DNA from: an uncultured Parvibaculaceae bacterium
GTDB lineage: Bacteria; Pseudomonadota; Alphaproteobacteria; Parvibaculales; Parvibaculaceae
Direction of reading: 5' to 3'
NCBI GenBank assembly: GCA_965283695.1
Contig: CBDIPP010000015.1
Span: forward strand, 155-64,154
Length of the DNA: 64,000 nt
The notes below the pieces were generated by a model. The model searched no databases and had not been told where the DNA came from. It saw nothing but the letters and a program-made list of their open reading frames with translations. This document shows, piece by piece, positions 56,311-64,000 of this stretch. A program made the translations under genes and the position numbers. How positions within the stretch are numbered: the first letter of the stretch is position 1; every line of letters starts with the position of its first letter.

Positions 56311-57681
56311 ATGAATTGGTTTTTATCAACTGCTTCAATCACCGTTTTGTCTGCGACCGTCAGCCTGTCAGCGTTGGCTGCTGTACCAGATCATGTCGCT
56401 GAACGGCTTAAAGGCGACCTGACCCCCCTTGGCGCGGAACGGGGCGGCGACGGTCAAGGCATCATCCCCCCATGGAGTGCACAAGAACTGCTTCCTGACG
56501 TCGAGGTCTATCCAGACAATCCAAACCTCGCTCCAGCTCCCTTTGCAAATGATCCTGTTCTCACAACAATCACGAGTGAAAACGCAGACCGGTTTGCAAA
56601 TCGCTTAACTGCCACCCACCGGGCATTGCTTGCGGCCTATCCCGATAGCTACAGGATGCCGATCTATCGCTCGCGGCGTACGTGCCAAATTCCCGCTGCG
56701 GTGCATGAAGCGACATTTGAGAATGCCACCCAGGCTGAGCTTGCCGAAGGGGGCAACGGTGTTGTCGGCGCTACGAGCGGCACACCCTTCCCCATTCCCA
56801 ATAATGCCTACGAGATTATCTGGAATCATCTACTCGCTTATCGTGGCCACAAAGTCAGCGCTCAGAAAGCCATGTGGGCACCTGGCGATGCGGGAAAATA
56901 CGTACTCAGCAAATACCTAGAAGACGTAATTCATTTTTGGAGCCCCGAGAACGAGACAATCGGTTTCCGCAAGGGTATGTCGCGCTACCTCCTACGGGTT
57001 CACATTGCTCCAGAAAAAGCTGTTGGTACTGTATTCTTGGAGCACACCTCCCAAGACCATGCCCTCAATCCAACTTTTCAGTGGACATATAGTCCAAACA
57101 CACGACGCGTCCGACGCGCGCCACAAGCTGCCTTCGATGGACCCGTGCCTTTTGCTGGAAATTTTCTGACTTATGACAGCCAAAAAGGTTTTGACGGATC
57201 TCCCACGCTCTACGATTGGACCATTGTCGAAAAGGCGAGCTACTACCTTCCCAACAATTCCCACAGTCTTAGCTTAAGCAGACTTCAATATGAGAATGTC
57301 CTATCCACCAGCCATCTCAACCAGGATCACACGCGATATGAACTGCAGCGTGTTTGGGTTGTGGAAGCGCACCTAAAAGAAGATTCCGAGCATAGCTATC
57401 ACCGCCGACGCTTCTATGTGCTCGAGGATAATTGGCAGATCCTTGCCACAGAGCAGTATGACATCAATGACAATCTGGTATCGGGCCAGGAGATGTTTCC
57501 TCAATTCCACTCAGAGGCTCAACTTTGTGATCTCGCAGCAGAAGCGACATATCACTTCGCGGGGAGAAGCTATGTAGCGCGGGAGCTGCGCAATCAGGAG
57601 ACCTCGCCCAATTTCGATGCGACCGAACTCGATCTGTATATGTTTACACCAATAAGCATAAGTCCTCACCGTGAACGATGA
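56311..57681 (+). CDS. DUF1329 domain protein (LolA-like, exported), paralogue 1
   Basis: Signal peptide, LTPLGAERGG, PFPIPNNAYEIIWNH, TRRVRRAP, HTRYELQRVWVVEA. Confidence 0.8.
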   Translation: MNWFLSTASITVLSATVSLSALAAVPDHVAERLKGDLTPLGAERGGDGQGIIPPWSAQELLPDVEVYPDNPNLAPAPFANDPVLTTITSENADRFANRLTATHRALLAAYPDSYRMPIYRSRRTCQIPAAVHEATFENATQAELAEGGNGVVGATSGTPFPIPNNAYEIIWNHLLAYRGHKVSAQKAMWAPGDAGKYVLSKYLEDVIHFWSPENETIGFRKGMSRYLLRVHIAPEKAVGTVFLEHTSQDHALNPTFQWTYSPNTRRVRRAPQAAFDGPVPFAGNFLTYDSQKGFDGSPTLYDWTIVEKASYYLPNNSHSLSLSRLQYENVLSTSHLNQDHTRYELQRVWVVEAHLKEDSEHSYHRRRFYVLEDNWQILATEQYDINDNLVSGQEMFPQFHSEAQLCDLAAEATYHFAGRSYVARELRNQETSPNFDATELDLYMFTPISISPHRER

Positions 57682-57773
57682 TCGTGTCCCAATGGAGCTA
57701 TTTCCTATTGATGTTTGCTTCAGCTTGAAGCATTCTCATTTAGTAACTTTTGATTACTACTTGGGAGGGTGTT

Positions 57774-59153
57774 ATGGGGAAACTGCTTAAAGCCGTATTG
57801 GCTATGCTTGTTGCGACAGGTGTCGGCGCCACCTCGACTGCAATTGCTAAAGTACCAGAGAGCCAAGCGGCCCGCTTAGGACGCGACCTCACCCCACTCG
57901 GTGCTGAAAAAGGCGGTAATGCGGATGGCTCCATCCCCGCTTGGACCGGCGGTCTTTCCTCGCCTCCCTCGAATGTCACTTATCAGGCGGGCATGCATCA
58001 CCCGGATCCTTTTGCCAGTGATCCCATCCTTTTCACAATCGATGCAAACAACGCTTCTCAGTATGCAGACCGCCTAACTGGCGCCCACAAAGCGTTGCTG
58101 GATGTTTATGGCAGTTCTTATTTCATGCCCGTCTACAAGACCCACCGGACCTGTACCTTCCCGGAAAATGTCTTCGCCGCAGCCCGCAATAACGCGACAG
58201 TCGGTGAACTCGCTGAAGGTGGGAACGGCGTGGAAGGCGCCATCATGTCCAAGCCTTTCCCGATCCCCAATAATGCTTGGGAGATCATCTGGAACCATAT
58301 GCTGGTCTTCATCAACTACAAGGCGACCCGCCAATATGCTGCCGCCGTTCCTACAGCAAGCGGTGACTACACACTCTACACCGTTCAAGACGAAGCCATT
58401 GTGGCCTGGAATGATCCGACAAAGGAAAAAGCGGAAGATCTGGACAATATCTGGGCGCTTTACATCGCTCACACCGTTGCGCCCGCGCGCCGCGCCGGGA
58501 ATGTCACGCTCGTTCATGAAACGATCAACATGGCACAGCAGCCGCGGCTGGCCTGGCAATATAGCCCGGGCACACGACGTGTCCGCCGGGCTCCAAATAT
58601 TGCCTACGACAATCCTGGTGTGAACTCTGATGGCATGTTCACGGTCGACAGCCTTGGCGGATATAACGGCTCTCCCAACCGCTATGACTGGACGGTGATC
58701 GGCAAGAATGAATATTACCTGCCCAACAACAATTACCGATTGGGATCTGATGACCTGCAATATGACGACATCATTGCAGCGCGCCATATCAATCAAGAAC
58801 ACACACGCTATGAGCTACAGCGTGCCTGGGTGATTGAGGCGAACCTGAAGCCTGGCACACGCCATGTCTATGCACGTCGGCGGATGTATTTGCAGGAAGA
58901 CAGTTGGGGGGTCATTGCGACTGAGCTCTACGACACGCGGGGCCAGCTTTGGCGTACACAAGAAGGTTTCCCAAAGACTGCCTATGAAGTGCCACTCTGT
59001 GCCGGAGCTGGAATGGCATATTACGACCTCACCAATGGACGCTACCTCATGGGGGGCATGATCAACCAGGAACCACCGGTCAACTTCTATGCGACGGAGC
59101 TGCGGGAGGATCGCTATACACCCGCCTCCATCAGACGCCTGGGTGTCCGATAA
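57774..59153 (+). CDS. DUF1329 domain protein (LolA-like, exported), paralogue 2
   Basis: GGGAGGG SD before ATG 57774. Signal peptide, LTPLGAEKGGNADGSIPAWTGG, PFPIPNNAWEIIWNH, TRRVRRAP, HTRYELQRAWVIEA. Confidence 0.8.
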   Translation: MGKLLKAVLAMLVATGVGATSTAIAKVPESQAARLGRDLTPLGAEKGGNADGSIPAWTGGLSSPPSNVTYQAGMHHPDPFASDPILFTIDANNASQYADRLTGAHKALLDVYGSSYFMPVYKTHRTCTFPENVFAAARNNATVGELAEGGNGVEGAIMSKPFPIPNNAWEIIWNHMLVFINYKATRQYAAAVPTASGDYTLYTVQDEAIVAWNDPTKEKAEDLDNIWALYIAHTVAPARRAGNVTLVHETINMAQQPRLAWQYSPGTRRVRRAPNIAYDNPGVNSDGMFTVDSLGGYNGSPNRYDWTVIGKNEYYLPNNNYRLGSDDLQYDDIIAARHINQEHTRYELQRAWVIEANLKPGTRHVYARRRMYLQEDSWGVIATELYDTRGQLWRTQEGFPKTAYEVPLCAGAGMAYYDLTNGRYLMGGMINQEPPVNFYATELREDRYTPASIRRLGVR

Positions 59154-59170
59154 ACGGCTTACAAGCCCAC

Positions 59171-59206
59171 AAAAAAGGGCAGCTCTCAAGCTGCCCTTTT
59201 TCTTTT
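59171..59206. terminator. bidirectional rho-independent terminator (DUF1329 / aldehyde dehydrogenase)
   Basis: A6 - GGGCAGCT-CTCA-AGCTGCCC - TTTTT. Confidence 0.75.
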
Positions 59207-59219
59207 GAGGCGGTAATGC

Positions 59220-60680
59220 CTATTTCTTGATTTGGCTTGCCAGGTTTTTCTGCGTCTTCGCGCCGTACGGCGGACGGAACATCTCTGCGACCATTTTGGA
59301 CTTTGATTGCGTGTAGATTGACTTGGCGTGGCTAAACTCTTTAAAGCCATCGAGACCGTGATAGGCCCCCATACCCGACGGGCCAATCCCACCAAATGGC
59401 AGGTCCTCCTGGGAGATATGCATGATCACATCATTGACGGTCACGCCACCCGCAGTGGTGTTTTTCAACACCTTGTCCTCTTCCGCCTTGTCCTCGCCGA
59501 AATAATAGAGGCCTAGCGGACGATCATTCTCGTTGATGTAATCAATGGTCTCGTCATTCTCTTTGTAGGTTTTCACCGGAAGCAGAGGACCAAAAATCTC
59601 TTCCTGCATGATTTTCATATCGTCAGTTGCATCCAGCACGATAGTCGGCGGAATTTTGTGGGTCTGCTGCTGAGAGAAGTCCTCATTAGCTGGATTGACC
59701 TCAACAATTTTTGCGCCCTTAGCCTTTGCATCATCGAGATAGCTGTTGAGGCGATCAAAATGCCTCTGGTTGACGATTGATGTGTAGTCAGGATTGTCTT
59801 TGAGAGTCGGATACATCTTCGCGACAGATTTTTCAGCAGCGCCAACAAATGCGTCGACCTTACCTTCTGGAACGAATACGTAATCTGGTGCCAGACATAT
59901 CTGGCCAGCATTCAACGTCTTCCCATTCATTATCCTGGCAGCTGCATCTTCTACATCTGCACTCTTGGAAACGATCACGGGTGACTTGCCACCCAGTTCC
60001 AACGTCAATGGCACGAGATTTTCAGCAGCGGCCCGCATCACATGGTGCGCAATTGAAGTCGCGCCCGTGAAAAGCAGGTGATCGAATGGCTGCCGGGAAA
60101 ACGCTTCGCCAACCGCGGGACCACCGGTTACCACGGCCACTTCTGTCTCATCATAGGCTTCGCGGAACAAGCGGGCCATTACGTCAGATGTGACGGGCGT
60201 ATATTCCGACGGCTTGATAATCGTCCGATTGCCTGCAGCAAAGATGCCTGACAGTGGGACAAAGGTGAGATTGACGGGGAAATTCCATGGGCTGATGACA
60301 CCGACGACGCCCTTTGGCTGATATTCAATCCTCGCTTTGGCACCAAGCAAACCCAGTGGGAACATGACTTTCCGCTTCTCTGGTTTCATCCACTGTTTGA
60401 GATGCTTCTTTGAGTGCTTCAGTGGGCCGATCGAGCTCATAATGTCAGTGAGAAGCGATTGTTCAATGCTCCGGTGCCCGAAATCGGCAGCCATGGCTTC
60501 GGCCAACTCCTTCTGATTGTCCACCAGAAGAGCGATGGCCCGGTCAATCCAATCGATCCGACGCTCCAGACTTGGGGCTCCTTCCTTGATGTGAGCCTCT
60601 TTTTGGCGATCCACAATTTCTCTGATTGCGCCACCAGCAGAGTCCGCGTCGGAACCTCTTGTATCTTCAGCTACGCTCAT
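59220..60680 (-). CDS. aldehyde dehydrogenase (coniferyl-aldehyde dehydrogenase-like)
   Basis: ELGGKSP and the catalytic Cys context GQICLAPDY. GGAGG SD before ATG 60680. Confidence 0.9.
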   Translation of the reverse strand: MSVAEDTRGSDADSAGGAIREIVDRQKEAHIKEGAPSLERRIDWIDRAIALLVDNQKELAEAMAADFGHRSIEQSLLTDIMSSIGPLKHSKKHLKQWMKPEKRKVMFPLGLLGAKARIEYQPKGVVGVISPWNFPVNLTFVPLSGIFAAGNRTIIKPSEYTPVTSDVMARLFREAYDETEVAVVTGGPAVGEAFSRQPFDHLLFTGATSIAHHVMRAAAENLVPLTLELGGKSPVIVSKSADVEDAAARIMNGKTLNAGQICLAPDYVFVPEGKVDAFVGAAEKSVAKMYPTLKDNPDYTSIVNQRHFDRLNSYLDDAKAKGAKIVEVNPANEDFSQQQTHKIPPTIVLDATDDMKIMQEEIFGPLLPVKTYKENDETIDYINENDRPLGLYYFGEDKAEEDKVLKNTTAGGVTVNDVIMHISQEDLPFGGIGPSGMGAYHGLDGFKEFSHAKSIYTQSKSKMVAEMFRPPYGAKTQKNLASQIKK

Positions 60681-60931
60681 TTGTACCTCCGAATGGCGGC
60701 CCCAGCCGCGCTATTATTGCCTCCGCGCGAACAGATTTTGCCTGCTCACACCAATATGAGTACCTGGAGCTGGAATTCCGCTCCCCGGCGCCTCACCTGT
60801 GTTTCAGACTAACATCGCCTTTCCTAGAGCGCTACATGGTCAAAACCGGACGAAACGGGGGGATTTCCCCAACCCAATGCCCCATGGATGTCCCAAAATT
60901 TACGAACACGTAATAATCTCCACGTAGATTG

Positions 60932-62035
60932 ATGGGCGTAGGGAAAATCTATCTGATCCGGGGAAGCATCGTGACATCTACAACCAGCACTTCACCAGCT
61001 TTGGAATATGGCGCAAAAGCCATGCAGCTGATGGGCGACAACAGTATCGAGCCGACCCCCGGCGCATACGGCGTTTGGTATGCCTACGCCTCTGGTAAGA
61101 ACCCCGAAATAAATACAAAGATCAATGAACGCTTCGAGGCATCGAAGCCGTTTGACTCACCCTTCATGTATGAGCTCGAGTCGCTTTTGAGCGCGCCTGA
61201 AGAGCAGCTGACCGACTCAACGATTGAAGCTGGCGAGCAACTGAGCGGCAAGATGGACAATGTCATCGAGCTGATCGCAAGCGTTACTGGCGACACCAAC
61301 CGATTTGGAAAATCGATGCAGGGTGTGAGCGACGCGCTCACCAGCGAGATTTCTGCTGCTGACCTTGGACAGGTCGTCGAAACCATTGTTGCAGCAACTA
61401 AACAAATGGAAACACGGTCTCGGGAGCTTGAAGAGAAACTCACGGAGTCCAAAAGCGAAGTCGAAGAGCTTAGAAGCAATCTGGCGCAGGCACGCAGCGA
61501 AGCGCTCACCGATCAATTGACCGGCATCGCCAATCGTAAGGCGTTTGATGAAGTTCTTCTGAGTTCCATTGCCGAAGCATCGCAAAATGGCTCGGACATG
61601 TGTCTTGCCATGGCAGACATCGATTTCTTCAAGAAATTCAATGACACATTTGGCCATCAGGCCGGTGACCAAGTTCTCCGCCTGGTTGGCCGTTGCTTGA
61701 GCAACAATGTGAAGGGTCAGGACACACCCGCGCGCTATGGCGGCGAGGAGTTTGCAATGATCCTTCCAAACACCGTTTTGGATGACGCGATCAAATTGGC
61801 GAACCACATTCGCGAGACTGTCAAATCTCGTGAGCTGCTGAAAAAATCTACTGGTGAAAATCTGGGTCGGGTAACAATGTCCTTGGGTGTTACGCAATTT
61901 GGAATGGGCGACACGCCTCAGACCATGATTGCCCGCGCTGATGCCGCACTTTATGAGGCAAAGGAACAGGGCCGAAATCGTGTGGTCGCAGCCGACACTG
62001 CAGTAGCTACCGAGCCAGCTCAAGCCGCCAGCTGA
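60932..62035 (+). CDS. diguanylate cyclase (GGDEF domain) with N-terminal coiled-coil sensor region
   Basis: GGDEF active site RYGGEEF and an I-site-like RxxD context (NVKGQD). The start is uncertain (ATG 60932 or GTG 60971). Confidence 0.85.
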   Translation: MGVGKIYLIRGSIVTSTTSTSPALEYGAKAMQLMGDNSIEPTPGAYGVWYAYASGKNPEINTKINERFEASKPFDSPFMYELESLLSAPEEQLTDSTIEAGEQLSGKMDNVIELIASVTGDTNRFGKSMQGVSDALTSEISAADLGQVVETIVAATKQMETRSRELEEKLTESKSEVEELRSNLAQARSEALTDQLTGIANRKAFDEVLLSSIAEASQNGSDMCLAMADIDFFKKFNDTFGHQAGDQVLRLVGRCLSNNVKGQDTPARYGGEEFAMILPNTVLDDAIKLANHIRETVKSRELLKKSTGENLGRVTMSLGVTQFGMGDTPQTMIARADAALYEAKEQGRNRVVAADTAVATEPAQAAS

Positions 62036-62200
62036 ATCAGCCCGGCACCATCGCTCGTTTTTCCGTAGCGTCGGACCGGCTTTAACACTGAATCCCCTAT
62101 TCCACTTCCGTCCATCGTCGCGTACCGGTAAGGTTTGCGCCAATTTTGGCGTGTCCACTGATGCGTATTTGGGGCATGTCGTCAACTATGACGAGGACTT

Positions 62201-62994
62201 ATGGAAGCGATCACATATGAAGTGTCTGAGGGCATTGGCCATCTGACGCTCAATCGGCCCGAGGCTTTAAACAGCATCAACATGGAGATGATCGCCGAGG
62301 TTCGCTCTGCGGTTGCTGATTTCGCCGCCGACGACAATGCGCGCGTTCTGTTGGTGACAGGTAATGGGCGAGGCTTCTGCGCCGGGGTTGATCTGTCCGC
62401 CAATGTGGCCGGCGATGATGACATGTCTCGCGGCGAGCGGGTGGCTCACGGCATGGACATTGGGTTTAAGCCGATGGTCCGCGAACTATCAGAAGTACCC
62501 AAGCCGGTTGTAACCGCCGTCAACGGCATGACAGCAGGAGGCGGCGTTGGTCTGACTCTATCAGGCGATATCGTCGTTGCTGCGCGGTCAGCAAAATTCG
62601 TCAAGTCTTCGGACCCCGTCTGGCCCTCATCCCTGACATGGGATGCACCTGGTTCACCCCTCACCTTGTCGGTCGTGCCCGTGCGCGCGCACTTGCCCTC
62701 TTAGGCAACAAGCTTTCGGCCGAAACGGCTGCTGAATGGGGCTTGATCTACGAGTGTGTGGATGATGAAAAGCTAAACGAGACAGCAATGGGATATACAA
62801 CACAACTCGCTGCGGGCCCAACCAATGCGTTTGCCGAAATCAAAAAGGCGCTGGACATGGCTGAGCATAATACGCTCGCCCAACAATTGGATTATGAGCG
62901 CGATACGCAGGGCAAGCTGGGAGACCATCCGAATTTTGCCGAGGGCGTCGTTTCGTTTCTCAAAAAGAAAGAACCAGAATTCGTTGCAGGGTAA
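62201..62994 (+). pseudogene. enoyl-CoA hydratase/isomerase family protein, frame broken by a 1-nt deletion near 62602
   Basis: ORF 62201..62704 has the crotonase N-half (LNRPEALNS, GRGFCAGVDL, AVNGMTAGGG). After AKFV the conserved QVFGPRLALIPDMGCTWF.P.LVGRARA... continues in another frame (ORF 62638..62994). Confidence 0.8.
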
Positions 62995-63023
62995 GCTGCA
63001 ACTAAACACACAGGGAGAAGTCT

Positions 63024-63815
63024 ATGGACTTTCAACATGTAAGACTCGAGATCAAAGATGGAATTGCGACGCTTACGCTCAACCATCCAGAAGTGATGAA
63101 TGCAGTATCGATGGAGATGCTGCAGGGCCTTGAAGAGGCGATGGACGTGGTCGAAGATCCGGACAGCAAAGTTCGCTGTCTTGTCCTGACTGGCGAAGGC
63201 CGCGGCTTCTGTACGGGCGCCAATCTGCAAGGGCGCAATGAAGGCCCTCAGCCCAAAAACCCGGATGCGGGATCGGCGCTGGAGAAGGCCTACCACCCCT
63301 TCCTGCGCCGTCTGCGTAACCTGCCCGTCCCCCTTGTCACATCGGTAAATGGTCCAGCTGCTGGCGTCGGCATGAGCTTCGCACTCATGGGCGACATGAT
63401 CCTGTGTGCGCGATCTTCTTACTTCCTACAGGCGTTCCGGCGCATTGGCCTTGTGCCTGATGGCGGCTCAACCTGGCTTCTGCCGCGCCTTGTGGGCCGT
63501 GCCCGCGCCATGGAACTTTCCATGATGGGCGAAAAACTCCCCGCGGAGACAGCACTCCAGTGGGGTCTGGTCAATCGCGTGTTCGATGACAACGCGCTGC
63601 CAGAAGAAACCGACAAGATCGCGCGGCAATTGGCCGATGGTCCTTTCTCCCTCGGCCTGATCCGCCAGCTCTATTGGGAAAGTGATGACAATACCTATGA
63701 AGAGCAGCTCAATCTTGAGCGACAGCTTCAGCGCAGCGCCGGTCGCAGCAGCGACTTCAAAGAAGGCGTGAAAGCGTTCCTTGAGAAACGCCCTGCGGAG
63801 TTCAAAGGCGAATAA
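63024..63815 (+). CDS. enoyl-CoA hydratase/isomerase family protein
   Basis: 263 aa, intact crotonase fold (LNHPEVMNA, GRGFCTGANL, SVNGPAAGVG, GLVPDGGSTWLLPRLVG). Confidence 0.9.
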   Translation: MDFQHVRLEIKDGIATLTLNHPEVMNAVSMEMLQGLEEAMDVVEDPDSKVRCLVLTGEGRGFCTGANLQGRNEGPQPKNPDAGSALEKAYHPFLRRLRNLPVPLVTSVNGPAAGVGMSFALMGDMILCARSSYFLQAFRRIGLVPDGGSTWLLPRLVGRARAMELSMMGEKLPAETALQWGLVNRVFDDNALPEETDKIARQLADGPFSLGLIRQLYWESDDNTYEEQLNLERQLQRSAGRSSDFKEGVKAFLEKRPAEFKGE

Positions 63816-63828
63816 CTCAGCAATAGAC

Positions 63829-63872
63829 AAAAAAGAGGGGCTGCTTCTTGCCGAAGCGGCCCCTATTTCTTT
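63829..63872. terminator. bidirectional rho-independent terminator
   Basis: 12-bp stem AGGGGCTGCTTC / GAAGCGGCCCCT with loop TTGCC, an A-run on the left and a T-rich tract on the right. Confidence 0.6.
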
Positions 63873-64000
63873 CTACCGGCTAATTTTTTCTTGGATGCTT
63901 TCTTCCGCTTGGGCTTGGCTTTCTGGTTCCGCGTGGCGGCCTCGATTGCCGCCTTCGCCCATTCGATCAGTTCTTCCGGCTCGTCATACAGGCGGTCCGG
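63863..64000 (-). CDS. 3' end of an unidentified gene (partial, runs off the window) with a Lys-rich C-terminus
   Basis: The minus-strand frame is open to the window edge: ...PDRLYDEPEELIEWAKAAIEAATRNQKAKPKRKKASKKKLAGRKK*. It is not in the ORF track because it is shorter than 60 aa in the window. Confidence 0.35.
   Translation of the reverse strand, partial: PDRLYDEPEELIEWAKAAIEAATRNQKAKPKRKKASKKKLAGRKK

Noticed and set aside
61217-62185. 322-aa ORF antisense to the GGDEF gene; similar long antisense ORFs at 23347..24159, 24353..25045, 29668..30309, 43429..44157, 47812..48642 and 58074..58802
   Set aside because: The opposite strand carries unmistakable conserved motifs in each case (RYGGEEF, thiolase, GS-I, PbH1 repeats, DUF1329). 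Long mirror ORFs are expected in GC-rich coding DNA. The translations are Arg/Cys/His-rich nonsense.

Overview
64-kb chromosomal segment from a moderately GC-rich alphaproteobacterium. The gene content and an HNE_0200-type gene pair suggest a marine Hyphomonadaceae/Caulobacterales-like organism, but that taxonomy is inference. All calls come from reading the ORF translations and the DNA by eye; no searches were run. Start codons are best guesses from SD sequences and conserved N-termini. The window is gene-dense (about 60 genes) and mostly core. It holds the conserved proteostasis block tRNA-Leu / tig / clpP / clpX / lon / hup / tRNA-Val, plus glnB-glnA, parE, a DEAD-box helicase and nnr. The rest is transporters (MFS x2, PiT, ZntB), lipid and CoA metabolism (acyl-CoA ligase, thiolase-like, enoyl-CoA hydratases, SDRs, fatty-acid hydroxylase, neutral ceramidase), GSTs, and regulators (HxlR, GlxA/AraC, Crp/Fnr, TetR x2, GGDEF). 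I saw no rRNA, CRISPR array, transposase, integrase, prophage genes or recognisable anti-phage defence genes. I cannot point to a clear novel system. The best candidates for under-described biology are listed here. (1) An exported parallel-beta-helix protein translationally coupled to a dihaem cytochrome c, with a divergent TetR (46.7-49.7 kb). (2) Tandem DUF1329 paralogues (56.3-59.2 kb). (3) A GIY-YIG gene bracketed by inverted hairpin repeats (49.8-50.2 kb). (4) An orphan promoter + strong SD + 10-codon ORF unit in a 450-bp non-coding gap (31.8-32.2 kb). (5) Lys/Ala-rich tails on several housekeeping proteins. Three conserved genes have broken or non-canonical reading frames: glnA, one enoyl-CoA hydratase and a P-loop ATPase. 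These may be sequence indel errors rather than biology.
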